63,685 bases of DNA, from positions 1-63,685 of the forward strand of contig JAIEPP010000037.1 of the NCBI GenBank assembly GCA_019748335.1. Reading direction: 5' to 3'. This document shows positions 49,312 through 59,091 of this stretch, one piece after another. The translations under genes and the position numbers were made by a program. Under the pieces are notes generated by a model. That model did no database searches. It was not told the origin of the DNA and saw only the letters and a program-made list of their open reading frames with translations. How positions within the stretch are numbered: the first letter of the stretch is position 1; the number at the start of each line of letters is the position of its first letter. The stretch comes from Xanthobacteraceae bacterium (lineage in GTDB: Bacteria > Pseudomonadota > Alphaproteobacteria > Rhizobiales > Xanthobacteraceae).

Positions 49312-50136
49312 TCAGCGGGACAGGAACGCGCAGCGGCGTGATTCGGTTGCAAGGTGTCGCGTAACGCCGCTGAGTATCCATTCGCGCAGGCGCGAGTGAC
49401 CGTAGGCACCGGCAACGACCGCCCCGGCGCCGATGTCGGCGGCGATCTTCTCCAGCTGCTCGGTCACGCCGGTCGTGGTTTCCGGAACGACGGTGCTCGC
49501 CACGATACCATGGCCGCGCAACCACGCCGCCACGTCAGTGACATGCGATAACGCCTCGGCGCGAGAATCCCGCTCAGGAATTTCCGCGATCACGACTTCC
49601 TTGGCCGCGGCCAGAATCGGCAGCGCATCGAGTACCGCCCGGCGCGCTTCCCTGACATCCTTCCAGGCGACCAGCACGCTTCGCAAATCGAGCCATTGTA
49701 CGCTGGGCGGCACGACAATGAGCGGACGGCCGGCCTGCATCAGCAGATCGCCCGGATCGACTGCGACGCCGGGATCCACCATCGTCTCCGCGCGCGCACC
49801 GACCACGAGCAGGTCAGCGGCCCGCGCCTGCTGCAACATGTAGGGCCCCGGCAATCCCCGGGTCGAACGCCATTCCACCGATTTTGCGCGCTTCTGGACT
49901 GCGCCGGTAAACTCCGCCTCGAGTTCGGACAACCGCCTTTTGATCGCGGCGGTCTCCTCATCGAGCAGCCTTTGCGCAAAGTCGCCTTCGGCGAAATAGA
50001 GTGGCGCCCGAATATCGGATGCGGCAACGCCCACGACCCGTGCGCCGAACCGCTCGGCGATGTCCCCGGCCACCGCAAGGCTGGCATCGTTGGGCCGGTC
50101 CAGTGCCAGACTGACCATGACGGTTTTGTAGTCCAT
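49312..50136 (-). CDS. Universal stress protein
   Basis: MDYKTVMV, VAWKDVREARRA, GAYGHSRLREWILSGVT. Confidence 0.92.
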   Translation of the reverse strand: MDYKTVMVSLALDRPNDASLAVAGDIAERFGARVVGVAASDIRAPLYFAEGDFAQRLLDEETAAIKRRLSELEAEFTGAVQKRAKSVEWRSTRGLPGPYMLQQARAADLLVVGARAETMVDPGVAVDPGDLLMQAGRPLIVVPPSVQWLDLRSVLVAWKDVREARRAVLDALPILAAAKEVVIAEIPERDSRAEALSHVTDVAAWLRGHGIVASTVVPETTTGVTEQLEKIAADIGAGAVVAGAYGHSRLREWILSGVTRHLATESRRCAFLSR

Positions 50137-50231
50137 TTCCTGCTCCAGGCCTTCTTGAAAATCTTGGCAGCAATGCCCTATGGGTACCTCGCCCGCGAGA
50201 CGACATCTTAGGGGCCGATTCCGGATCGGAC

Positions 50232-50245
50232 CTGACCTAGATCAA
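50232..50245. promoter_or_regulatory. FixK-like box
   Basis: CTGACCTAGATCAA (one mismatch) upstream of the usp. Confidence 0.6.
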
Positions 50246-50423
50246 GAACCGGCGCATTGATCCGATCAGCGCCGGATTTCGGCTTCGGCCGCGGTCAAAG
50301 GTCGCACGAAATCTATTTGATTTCAATTAGATAACGGCTAATAAGAATTTCATCGTGCCGCCATTCCACACCGCGCGATAGGATGCGATATCTGGTGTGC
50401 ATCGAGAGCCAAGAAGGCCTGGC

Positions 50424-51965
50424 ATGATAGACGCCGATCGACCGTTTCGAAGCCAGGATCCGCTGGACCAGAACATACGAAGCGGCGCCGAAGGATCCGG
50501 CGTCGGCACCTGGGATTTCGAATTTTCGACCCGCGAGTTGAAATGGTCGAATACGACGCGCAAGCTTTTCGGCCTTCAGCCGAATGCGCCGGTCGACTAC
50601 GACATCTTTCTCTCTTTGCTCGATCTGCAGGATCGCGATCACACCGCCGAGGCCATGCGGATGTCGATCGAGACCGGGTGCAATTTCGACGTCCAGTACC
50701 GGGTACACCGCAACTCAAATGCCGGTCACTGGGTCCGCGCGCTTGGCGCCATCGTCGACGGTCCGGACGGCAACCATGCCCGGTTGAGCGGCGTGATGAT
50801 CGACATCGACCGCGAGAAGCGCCTCGAGGACGCCGTCAGGACGCGCGAGAGCCACTTTCGCTCGATTCTCGACACGGTGCCGGATGCGATGATCGTCATC
50901 GACGAACACGGCATCATGCAATTTTTTTCCAGCGCCGCCGAACGGCAGTTCGGCTATGCCGAGCCGGAGGCGATCGGCAAGAATATCAGCGCGCTGATGC
51001 CGGAGCCCGATCGCAGCCGCCATGACGGCTACCTCGCCCGCTACCTGAAGACCGGTGAACGCCGCATCATCGGCATCGGCCGCATCGTGACCGGCATGCG
51101 CAAGGACGGCACTACGTTTCCGATGCACCTCACCATCGGCGAGATGCGATCGGAGGGGCAGCCCTACTTCACCGGCTTCGTTCGCGACCTCACCGAGCAG
51201 CAGCAGACCGTGGCGCGGATGCAGGAACTGCAATCCGAACTGGTTCACGTCTCGCGTCTCAGCGCCATGGGTGAGATGGCCTCGGCGCTTGCCCACGAGC
51301 TCAATCAGCCGCTATCGGCCATCAGCAACTACATGAAGGGATCACGCCGCCTGCTCGTCGACAGCACCGACGTCAACGCGCCGAAGATCGAGGCGGCGCT
51401 GGATCGCGCCGCGGAGCAGGCGATCCGCGCCGGAGATATCATCCGGCGGCTGCGCAACTTCGTCGCGCGGGAAGCCTTCGAGAAGCGCATCGAGAGTCTC
51501 TCGAAGCTGATCGAAGAAGCGGGCGCGCTCGGGCTGACGGGTGCCCGCGAGCAGGGTGTGATCCTGCGCTTCAATCTCGACCCGACTTTCGACCTGGTGT
51601 TGGCCGACCGGGTCCAGATTCAGCAGGTGCTGGTCAACCTGTTTCGCAACGCGCTGGAAGCGATGGCCGCCTCGACGCACCGCGAGCTGATCGCCTCCAA
51701 CGCCAGGGCCAACGACGACATGATCGAGATTGCCGTTTCCGATACCGGACATGGCTTTGGCGACGATGCCCAAACGAACCTGTTTCAGCCATTTTTCACC
51801 ACCAAGGAGACCGGCATGGGGGTCGGACTTTCGATCAGCCGGACCATCATCGAGGCCCATGGCGGCCGGATGTGGGCCGAGACCAATCAAGCCGGCGGCG
51901 CGACCTTTCGCTTCACCCTGCCCGCCGCGTCTGCCAAGGATGTGAACGATGTCGCAGAGCAGTAA
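50424..51965 (+). CDS. fixL: Heme-PAS oxygen sensor histidine kinase (soluble type)
   Basis: RHDGYLARY...[11 protein letters not shown] heme [25 protein letters not shown]. Confidence 0.96.
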   Translation: MIDADRPFRSQDPLDQNIRSGAEGSGVGTWDFEFSTRELKWSNTTRKLFGLQPNAPVDYDIFLSLLDLQDRDHTAEAMRMSIETGCNFDVQYRVHRNSNAGHWVRALGAIVDGPDGNHARLSGVMIDIDREKRLEDAVRTRESHFRSILDTVPDAMIVIDEHGIMQFFSSAAERQFGYAEPEAIGKNISALMPEPDRSRHDGYLARYLKTGERRIIGIGRIVTGMRKDGTTFPMHLTIGEMRSEGQPYFTGFVRDLTEQQQTVARMQELQSELVHVSRLSAMGEMASALAHELNQPLSAISNYMKGSRRLLVDSTDVNAPKIEAALDRAAEQAIRAGDIIRRLRNFVAREAFEKRIESLSKLIEEAGALGLTGAREQGVILRFNLDPTFDLVLADRVQIQQVLVNLFRNALEAMAASTHRELIASNARANDDMIEIAVSDTGHGFGDDAQTNLFQPFFTTKETGMGVGLSISRTIIEAHGGRMWAETNQAGGATFRFTLPAASAKDVNDVAEQ

Positions 51966-52566
51966 AGTCTACGTCATCGACGACGATCCGGCGATGCGCG
52001 ACTCGCTGGATTTCCTGCTCGGCGCCGCCGGCTTCAGCGTACGCCTGTTTGATTCCGCGCAGAGGTTTCTGGACGAACTGACGAGCCTGGAAGCCGGCTG
52101 CGTGCTGACGGATGTTCGCATGCCGGGCATCGACGGCATGGAGCTTCTGCGCCAGCTCAACTCGGGCGCTCGAAAGCTCCCCGTCATCGTCATGACCGGT
52201 CACGGCGACGTCCCCCTTGCCGTCGAGGCCATGAAGCTCGGTGCACTGGACTTTCTCGAAAAGCCGTTCGAAGACGACCGCCTCATCGGCATGATCGAGA
52301 CCGCGCTCGCCCAGAGCGAAACCGGCTCGAGGAGCGATGCACTGACTGCCGACATGACGGCAAGGGTAGCCTCCCTTACCCAGCGGGAGCGTCAGGTCAT
52401 GCAGGGGCTGATCACCGGCCAATCGAACAAGACGATCGCCAGGGAGTACGATATCAGCCCCCGCACGGTGGAGGTCTATCGGGCCAACGTCATGACCAAG
52501 ATGCAGGCCAACAGCCTCTCGGAGCTGGTCCGGTTCGCGATCCGGGCCGGAATCGTCCAAGATTGA
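51949..52566 (+). CDS. fixJ: Response regulator FixJ
   Basis: [40 protein letters not shown]. Confidence 0.96.
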   Translation: MSQSSKVYVIDDDPAMRDSLDFLLGAAGFSVRLFDSAQRFLDELTSLEAGCVLTDVRMPGIDGMELLRQLNSGARKLPVIVMTGHGDVPLAVEAMKLGALDFLEKPFEDDRLIGMIETALAQSETGSRSDALTADMTARVASLTQRERQVMQGLITGQSNKTIAREYDISPRTVEVYRANVMTKMQANSLSELVRFAIRAGIVQD

Positions 52567-52576
52567 GGCAAGTCAA
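52563..52576. promoter_or_regulatory. FixK box overlapping the fixJ stop codon
   Basis: TTGAGGCAAGTCAA. Confidence 0.7.
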
Positions 52577-52609
52577 TTCGTCCCGGCGAAAACTCGCTAA
52601 CTTTCCCTG

Positions 52610-53059
52610 ATGATCGACGCCCAGAACAGTTCCGCCGGCAAGGCCGGGATCGAAGCCTCGCCCGAGAAATCGATGATTTATGTCGTTGACGACGATCACG
52701 ACGTACTGACCTCGTTGCGATTTCTGCTCGAAACCGAAGGATTCGATGTCCGCACGTTTCGCAACGGATCCGCGTTGCTGAGGTCTTCGGGCAGGAACGC
52801 CGCCGATTGCCTCGTCCTGGACTACAAGATGGTGGCAATGGACGGTCTGGAGCTGGCCCAACGTCTCCGCCGTCTCGGCGTCTCGACACCGATCGTCCTG
52901 ATTACGGGTTATCCGGACGTCAATATTTCGGACAAGGCAAGTTCGGCCGGCATCCGGCAGGTGCTTTTGAAGCCCTATCTAGAGGACAATCTGGTCGAAT
53001 GCGTCCGGGATGCGATCGATAGCGCCGCCGTCCCCAGCTCCGTTCCAAGCCACCCCTAA
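52610..53059 (+). CDS. Single-domain response regulator between fixJ and fixK2
   Basis: VVDDD, VLDYKM, ITGY, LKP; start may be ATG 52673. Confidence 0.88.
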   Translation: MIDAQNSSAGKAGIEASPEKSMIYVVDDDHDVLTSLRFLLETEGFDVRTFRNGSALLRSSGRNAADCLVLDYKMVAMDGLELAQRLRRLGVSTPIVLITGYPDVNISDKASSAGIRQVLLKPYLEDNLVECVRDAIDSAAVPSSVPSHP

Positions 53060-53077
53060 ACGTCAGGCCGATCACCT

Positions 53078-53110
53078 CCGTAAAACCCCGTAGGGGATTC
53101 CCCTTAGGAT
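53078..53110 (+). promoter_or_regulatory. Putative FixJ-binding region of fixK2
   Basis: CCGTAAAACCCCGTAGGGGATTCCCTTAGG upstream of fixK2; FixJ control of fixK is established, but the exact site is inferred. Confidence 0.4.
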
Positions 53111-53176
53111 ATCGACCGAAATTTCGGGGAACAGATTTCGCAGGTACACCAAGCCATCCAATCAGGAGATGGCGAC

Positions 53177-53872
53177 ATGCTGACCCAGACGATCACTGCC
53201 CCCGCAGCCAAGATTTTGCCCACCCCCCGCACCCAGGCCGCGCCGTCTGCCGATCAGTTCAGTGTGATCGCAAGCTGCTCGGGGCTGATCGCGACCGAGT
53301 TTTCCTACAAGAAGGACGAGGAAATCTACGGAGAAGGCGAGCCTTCCGAGTATGTTTACCAAGTGATCCGCGGCGCGGTTCGCACCTACAAGCTTCTGAG
53401 CGACGGCCGGCGCCAGATCGGTGCCTTCCATCTGGCCGGTGACGTGTTCGGCCTCGACCCCGGCTCGACGCATCGCCTCACCGCCGAAGCGATCGCCGAT
53501 ACCACCGTCCGTCTGGTCAAGCGCCGCAGCCTGGAAGCCGCCGCCGGCTCCAATGTCCGGGTCGCCCACAATCTCTGGACCATGACCGCCGGCGACCTTC
53601 GTCACGCCGAGGACCATATGCTGCTGCTCGGCCGCAAGACTGCGATGGAGAAGGTTGCCACCTTCCTTTTGGAGATGGATCGCCGGCTCGCCAAGACCGG
53701 CATGATGGCGCTGCCGATGTGCCGTCGCGACATCGGAGACTACCTCGGTCTTACGCTCGAAACCGTGTCGCGGGCCCTGTCACAGCTCAACGAACAGGGC
53801 ATCCTGGTGTTCTCCAGCGCCCGTCAAATCGTGCTGCGCGATCGCGAACGGCTTGTCGACCTGGACGCGTGA
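53177..53872 (+). CDS. fixK2: Crp/Fnr regulator FixK2
   Basis: MLTQT, EEIYGEGEP, LPMCRRDIGDYLGLTLETVSR; downstream of fixLJ. Confidence 0.93.
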   Translation: MLTQTITAPAAKILPTPRTQAAPSADQFSVIASCSGLIATEFSYKKDEEIYGEGEPSEYVYQVIRGAVRTYKLLSDGRRQIGAFHLAGDVFGLDPGSTHRLTAEAIADTTVRLVKRRSLEAAAGSNVRVAHNLWTMTAGDLRHAEDHMLLLGRKTAMEKVATFLLEMDRRLAKTGMMALPMCRRDIGDYLGLTLETVSRALSQLNEQGILVFSSARQIVLRDRERLVDLDA

Positions 53873-53911
53873 AGACGGCGCAATATCGTAGCGGAAAAAC
53901 AGGAGTGCGTG

Positions 53912-54172
53912 ATGAACAGCTATCGTGTCTCCTTCTACAAGGATCTGCTGAATTCCGACGGCCACAGTTTCAAGTGTCTGCAGCGTCAGGTCGATGTCCA
54001 GTCGGACGGGCCGTCGCAGGCGCTGGTGCAGGCTGAGCAACTGGTCGACAACGAACGCCTGAACGCCGACTGTGTCGAGGTGGTGCATCTGCCGGCCAGC
54101 CATATCGAGTCCGAGCACACCGCTGGTCTCTCAACGGCCCCCTGCAAGCACACGTGGAGCCGCGCCAGCTGA
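53912..54172 (+). CDS. Small hypothetical protein
   Basis: AGGAG ribosome-binding site, MNSYRVSFYKDLLNSDGHSFKCLQ. Confidence 0.7.
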   Translation: MNSYRVSFYKDLLNSDGHSFKCLQRQVDVQSDGPSQALVQAEQLVDNERLNADCVEVVHLPASHIESEHTAGLSTAPCKHTWSRAS

Positions 54173-54187
54173 CGCGCTCGCCGTGAC

Positions 54188-54448
54188 ATGAATCGAATTC
54201 TGGAACTAGCGGCCTCCGGCAGAGTTCCGGAATTCATCGAAGGTCCGGCCCCTGCCACACAGGAAACGGCAATCCTGATCTCCGTCTACGTTGGCGTCGC
54301 CACGCTCGTTCACAGTTTGATCGTCGTGCTGGCTGACGGACTGCGGACATTTCTCACCGCGCCGCAGAAGCGTGAGACGGCGGGCAATATCTTCGCCGTC
54401 CTGCTGCTCGTGATTGCCGCCTGGCTGTTCATCAGCGGCCGCCGTTAA
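54188..54448 (+). pseudogene. C-terminal fragment of a LysE-type translocator
   Basis: PEFI...YVGVATLVH...FAVLLLVIAAWL resembles the last two LysE helices; the N-terminal half is absent. Confidence 0.5.
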
Positions 54449-54503
54449 GCGAGCGGCAGGCAAGATGACGGCGACCGACGGGGCGAACCTGATCCGCTGA
54501 AGG

Positions 54504-55679
54504 TCAGAAACGACGCGACGACCAGAACGCCGACGAATAGACCGCGGCAAATCCGAGAAACGCCGCGGCCCAGGCAACGCCTGCAATCGCCAGCAACGCT
54601 CCGGCGTGATCCACCTCCAGTACCGCGCAGACCCGCGCCAGCGCCGCAATCACGATCGAGGCGTAGATGAGGTGCGTCGCCAGCGACGCTTCCAGGGGCC
54701 GCCCGGTGTGACCGAGCGTTGCCCGGCTCATGACCGCGAGCGTCATGGTGCCGATAGCGCCGCCCGTCCAGGCGTGAATCCCGGCCCCCGCTGCAACAAC
54801 ATCGAACGCGCTGAGCGCGCCCAGAAAGAAGCCCGCCGGAATGAACGCATAGGCGACGTGCAGGATCAGCACCAGCCGATCGGCGAATGTCCGATAGCCG
54901 CGCCAGCGCACCAGACGAACCAGATGCATGACACCACATGCCAGCAGCAACGAACCGGTCATCCGATCGACCGGCCGCGCGATCCAGAGAGCGAGCGTGG
55001 GCACGGTCAGGATCATGACCGCGACATCGAAGCGGCTGAACGGCGACGGCATCCGGCCCGGCTGCTGCTTGGCCAGCCAGTTCCGGGTAAAGCTCGGGAT
55101 GATCCGCCCGCCGATCAGCGAAATCAGGACGATCACCATGGCGATCCCGCCGCGGGTAGCGTATTCCGCAAGGCCCGAGACATGCGCCTCCAGATGAAAC
55201 GCAATATTGCCGGCCGCGAACAGGCTGATGATGACGACGATCTGGAGATTACCCCACTTCTTGCCCGCGATGATCTCGCGTGCTGCGGCGGCGGCAAGCA
55301 GGATGAGGAACAGGCTGTCGATCGCAGCAGCCGGACCCCAGCCGATCCAGGCTGAACTGCTGACGGCAACTCGTCCCGCAACCCATGTCGAGAATAGCAG
55401 CATCAGCGGCCTGCCCTGCAGCGGCAGCCTGCCGGTCCAGTTCGGCACCGCCGTCAGCAGGAAACCGGCGAGGACGGCCGCGATATAGCCAAACAACATT
55501 TCGTGGACATGCCAGTCCCTCGGCGCGAATGAGGTGCCAAGTTTCAACTCGCCATAGAAGGCCGGCAGCCATACCAGCATGATGGCGCCAGCATAGACCG
55601 ATCCGAAGAAGAAGAATGGCCGGAAGCCATTTGAAAACAGGGCTGGGCCCCGGTAAGCCTTCAAGCGCGATATTGACAT
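54504..55679 (-). CDS. nnrS: NnrS nitric-oxide tolerance membrane protein
   Basis: GFRPFF, WHVHEMLFGY, GFLLTAVPNWTG, GGRIIPSFT, RATLGHTGR. Confidence 0.95.
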   Translation of the reverse strand: MSISRLKAYRGPALFSNGFRPFFFFGSVYAGAIMLVWLPAFYGELKLGTSFAPRDWHVHEMLFGYIAAVLAGFLLTAVPNWTGRLPLQGRPLMLLFSTWVAGRVAVSSSAWIGWGPAAAIDSLFLILLAAAAAREIIAGKKWGNLQIVVIISLFAAGNIAFHLEAHVSGLAEYATRGGIAMVIVLISLIGGRIIPSFTRNWLAKQQPGRMPSPFSRFDVAVMILTVPTLALWIARPVDRMTGSLLLACGVMHLVRLVRWRGYRTFADRLVLILHVAYAFIPAGFFLGALSAFDVVAAGAGIHAWTGGAIGTMTLAVMSRATLGHTGRPLEASLATHLIYASIVIAALARVCAVLEVDHAGALLAIAGVAWAAAFLGFAAVYSSAFWSSRRF

Positions 55680-55736
55680 GATATTGGCCCTGTATCCGGC
55701 GTTTCCACGCCACTCTAGCCGCATGAGCCGCGGCCT

Positions 55737-55754
55737 CTTTGTCCAAGCGCAAAG
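55737..55754. promoter_or_regulatory. NnrR-type box
   Basis: CTTTGTCCAAGCGCAAAG between nnrS and a divergent small ORF. Confidence 0.7.
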
Positions 55755-55803
55755 ACGATCGTCAAGGTCCGGTGCATTTTGCCGAACGTTCAGCAAACAG
55801 GAG

Positions 55804-55998
55804 ATGACGATGCGACTCTTTGAGCGGCTACGGGTGAAATTGGGGTTCCAGCCATTCGAACCTCGGAATGATTCAAAAGAGACACGCGACGGGCGCGCTA
55901 CGGCACCCTATTCTGCCGTCGAAGTCGAAAGCATGTGCTGCGGCAATTGCTCCGGCAGCGCGGAAGGCCACCTTTCGGAACTAGCGAGCGCCGGCTGA
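55804..55998 (+). CDS. 64-aa protein with CCGNCS motif
   Basis: AGGAG ribosome-binding site; ...ESMCCGNCSG; followed by a terminator hairpin. Confidence 0.6.
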   Translation: MTMRLFERLRVKLGFQPFEPRNDSKETRDGRATAPYSAVEVESMCCGNCSGSAEGHLSELASAG

Positions 55999-56006
55999 GA
56001 ACGAAA

Positions 56007-56031
56007 GAAAGCGGCCCACCGGGCCGCTTTC
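56007..56031. terminator. Likely bidirectional intrinsic terminator
   Basis: GAAAGCGGCCC-ACC-GGGCCGCTTTC between convergent genes. Confidence 0.7.
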
Positions 56032-56051
56032 CTCTCCTTGGCGCCTTCAAC

Positions 56052-56507
56052 TCATTTCGCGGCGGTTTTTGTCGCGGCGAACCTGTCGAACAAGACGGCG
56101 AAGATCTGCTTGGCCTTGCCGGTCTGGGGCACGGCCCTGGCCTGCTCCTCGTTGGCCGGCGTCCCGACCACAACCATCGCCACCATGCCCATACCGTAAT
56201 GCGGCGTACATTTGACGCCGTAGATTCCTGCCTGGTCGAACTTGACGACGATATCCTCGCCGTTCTTGCCCGCGAAAGTGGCCGCGCCGTCCGGCAGCAT
56301 GCCCTTGATGGTCTCGGCATTGTGACCCTTGTCCGTCGCCACGAACTTCACGGTATCGCCCGGCTCGACCTTGATCAGTGCCGGCTCGAAGACCATCACC
56401 CCTTCGATCCCCCTGTTCAGCATTTTGACTTCGACTTCGGCCGCGGCCGCGCCACCGGCCGTCGCCATGGCCACCGCAAAAGCGGCCATCACCAGATATT
56501 TCCGCAT
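56052..56507 (-). CDS. Pseudoazurin
   Basis: Signal peptide, VKMLN, MVFEP, KGHN, CTPHYGMGM type-1 Cu ligands. Confidence 0.93.
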   Translation of the reverse strand: MRKYLVMAAFAVAMATAGGAAAAEVEVKMLNRGIEGVMVFEPALIKVEPGDTVKFVATDKGHNAETIKGMLPDGAATFAGKNGEDIVVKFDQAGIYGVKCTPHYGMGMVAMVVVGTPANEEQARAVPQTGKAKQIFAVLFDRFAATKTAAK

Positions 56508-56585
56508 CCTGATCTCCTGTTGATCGGTTGGGCCGGCCATTGCCACCCCGTGCCTGTGATCTAATTGCGAACGACCAGGTGGAAT

Positions 56586-56599
56586 TTGCTCTATCGCAA
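56586..56599. promoter_or_regulatory. NnrR/FNR-like box
   Basis: TTGCTCTATCGCAA between pseudoazurin and nnrR. Confidence 0.55.
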
Positions 56600-56710
56600 G
56601 CCCACCGCCGATTTTCGCGTATAATGGGCCGCGTGGGCGACCCACATTGACATCGGCTACAGTCCGTAGTTCTACCGTCGCAATCGCACAGGCTGCATCC
56701 GGAAAGTCCC

Positions 56711-57427
56711 ATGGCCTCTCTCGACCGCTCGATCGTCGCCAACGTCCCGGTCCTGGCCGGGCTGAACGCCGCCGATCTCGACACCATCCTGCGCGACGCC
56801 CGATCGGTGCGCTATCCCAAGGACAGCAGCGTGTTCGACCAGGGCGCCGAAGCGCATTCGTTTTTCGTTCTGTTGCATGGCCATCTCAGGGTCGAGAAGA
56901 CCACGCCGCAAGGCCAGCAAATCGTGGTGCGTTACGTCTCGGCAGGCGAGTTATTCGGCGTGGCGCAGGCGATGGGCCTCAAGACCTATCCGGCGACCGC
57001 GATAGCGGTGGTCGACAGCGTGGCGTTGTCATGGCCATCGAAGGCATGGCCGCAGTTGATCGGACAATTTCCCGCATTGGCGGCGGGCGCGCTGCAGACC
57101 GTGGGAAACCGCCTGCAGGATACCCAGGCCCGGGTGCTCGAAATGTCCAGCGAACAGGTCGAACAGCGGGTCGCCCACGCATTGCTGCGGCTGGCCAAGC
57201 AGGCCGGCCGCAAGGTCGAACAGGGCGTCGAGATCGATTTTCCGATCAGCCGTCAGGATGTCGCCGAGATGACCGGTACGACCTTGCACACCGTGAGCCG
57301 CATTCTCAGCGCTTGGGAACAACAGGGCCTCGTCGAGGGCGGTCGCCAGCGGATCGTGCTGCGCGATCCGCATCGGCTGTTCGGCCTGGCGGAAAACCAC
57401 GGCAAGCCGGATGGCGAGCGGCGCTAG
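56711..57427 (+). CDS. nnrR: NO-responsive Crp/Fnr regulator NnrR
   Basis: YPATA, VEQRVAHALLRL, DFPISRQDVAEMTGTTLHTVSRILS. Confidence 0.92.
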   Translation: MASLDRSIVANVPVLAGLNAADLDTILRDARSVRYPKDSSVFDQGAEAHSFFVLLHGHLRVEKTTPQGQQIVVRYVSAGELFGVAQAMGLKTYPATAIAVVDSVALSWPSKAWPQLIGQFPALAAGALQTVGNRLQDTQARVLEMSSEQVEQRVAHALLRLAKQAGRKVEQGVEIDFPISRQDVAEMTGTTLHTVSRILSAWEQQGLVEGGRQRIVLRDPHRLFGLAENHGKPDGERR

Positions 57428-57450
57428 GCTCCGACCGGGAGGGAATCGAG

Positions 57451-57855
57451 ATGCCGTCCGTACGCTCGTTGCTCGTCCTCACGTTCCTGCCTGCATGGCT
57501 GTCCGCAGCGTCCGCCGAACCGGCGTTCGAGATTCACACTGTCTGCCGGACGGCAATCGCCGCCATCATGGACCGCGATCCCAAGCTCGTTCAGGCCACC
57601 GACGCTTCCCACGGCACCGTGGTGCTGACCTACGCCCGGCCGTTCGACAATTTCGTTTTTACCTATCGATGCAGGATCGACGGCGACCGCGTGGTATGGG
57701 CCGACGAGCCCGGCCGCTGGCGCGACGGACCCAAGGACGCCAAGGTCTCGTTCGAAGTCGTCAGCGCCGGCGAACGACTTCGCATCGTCATCACTCGAGC
57801 CAATGGGGTCACCGGACAGCAATTATTCGATCACGACCTCAATGAGGTGCACTAG
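57451..57855 (+). CDS. Secreted hypothetical protein
   Basis: Signal peptide; CRTAIAAIMDRDP...YRCRIDGDRVVW...GRWR. Confidence 0.75.
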   Translation: MPSVRSLLVLTFLPAWLSAASAEPAFEIHTVCRTAIAAIMDRDPKLVQATDASHGTVVLTYARPFDNFVFTYRCRIDGDRVVWADEPGRWRDGPKDAKVSFEVVSAGERLRIVITRANGVTGQQLFDHDLNEVH

Positions 57856-57874
57856 GTCGTCGGAGCAGAACACG

Positions 57875-59068
57875 TCAACCGGTGTGCTCGATGGCGCGAA
57901 TAGCCCCGCGCAGTTCGGCCAGTCCCCGCAGCCGGCCGATCGCGGTGTAGCCGGGGTTGGTCCGTTTGGTCTCGGCGAGATCGTCGAGCATGCGATGGCC
58001 GTGGTCGGGCCGGAAAATGATTTGATGAGCAGACGACCGTTTTCGGTTCTCGGCGAGCAGCGCCTTCAGCACCGCGATCATATCGACATCGCCGTCGAGA
58101 TGATCGGATTCGAAGAACGATAGGCCGCCCTCCTCGCGCTTGGTGGCCCGCAAATGGGCAAAGCCGATCCGCGACGCGAAACGTTCTGCCATCGCCGGCA
58201 GATCGCTTTCCGCGCGCACGCCGAGCGAGCCGGTACAGAAGCAAATCCCATTCGCCTTGGACGGAACGGCATCGAACAGCGCCTGATAATCCTCGGCCGA
58301 AGAAGCGATGCGCGGCAGGCCGAACAATGGCCGCGGCGGATCGTCCGGATGCAGCGTCAGCGTCACCCCGAGCGCTTCCGCCACCGGTGCGACACGCGCG
58401 AGAAACTCGCTCAAGTGCTGGCGCAGTACGGCGGAGTTGATGCCGCGATATTGCCGCAGCCGGTCGCGGAACTCCGGAATGGTCAGGGGATCGGTGGTCG
58501 ATCCCGGCAACGCGCTGGCAATGTTGGTGACAAGATAATCGATGTCGGCCTGCGTCATCGCGGCAAAGACCTGCTTTGCCCGCGCTTGCGCGGCGCCGGA
58601 ATATTCGGCTGAAGCTTCAGGCCGCTGCAGGATGTGCAGGTCGAACGCCGCGAAACGGTCCTGGTCGAAGCGCATGGCACGCGCCCCGTTCGGCAATTCC
58701 CATTCGAGGTCGGTGCGGCACCAGTCGACCACGGGCATGAAATTATAGCAGATGACCTTGATGCCGGCCGCGGCGACCGCTTCGAGGCTGGCGATCCAGG
58801 CCTCGATCGAGCGCGTCGCCTTGGCCCCGAGCCGCTTGACGTCATCGGGCACCGGAATCGATTCCACCACCGACCAAGTCAGCGGCGAGCGCCCGGGCTG
58901 GCTGTTCTCGATCAGGTTCTTGCGCTCCTCGACCGCCGTTCGCGTCCAGGCCTCGCCGATCGGCACCTGATGCAGCGCCGTCACCACGTCGGTGGCGCCG
59001 GCCTGGCGGATATCGTCGAGCGATACCGGATCATCGGGCCCGTACCACCGCCATCCCTGCAGCATCAT
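57875..59068 (-). CDS. uxuA: Mannonate dehydratase
   Basis: WRWYGPDD, WSVVES, CYNFMPV, HPDDPP, RPDHGH. Confidence 0.96.
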   Translation of the reverse strand: MMLQGWRWYGPDDPVSLDDIRQAGATDVVTALHQVPIGEAWTRTAVEERKNLIENSQPGRSPLTWSVVESIPVPDDVKRLGAKATRSIEAWIASLEAVAAAGIKVICYNFMPVVDWCRTDLEWELPNGARAMRFDQDRFAAFDLHILQRPEASAEYSGAAQARAKQVFAAMTQADIDYLVTNIASALPGSTTDPLTIPEFRDRLRQYRGINSAVLRQHLSEFLARVAPVAEALGVTLTLHPDDPPRPLFGLPRIASSAEDYQALFDAVPSKANGICFCTGSLGVRAESDLPAMAERFASRIGFAHLRATKREEGGLSFFESDHLDGDVDMIAVLKALLAENRKRSSAHQIIFRPDHGHRMLDDLAETKRTNPGYTAIGRLRGLAELRGAIRAIEHTG

Positions 59069-59091
59069 GCGGAATCTCCCGAACGTGAATT

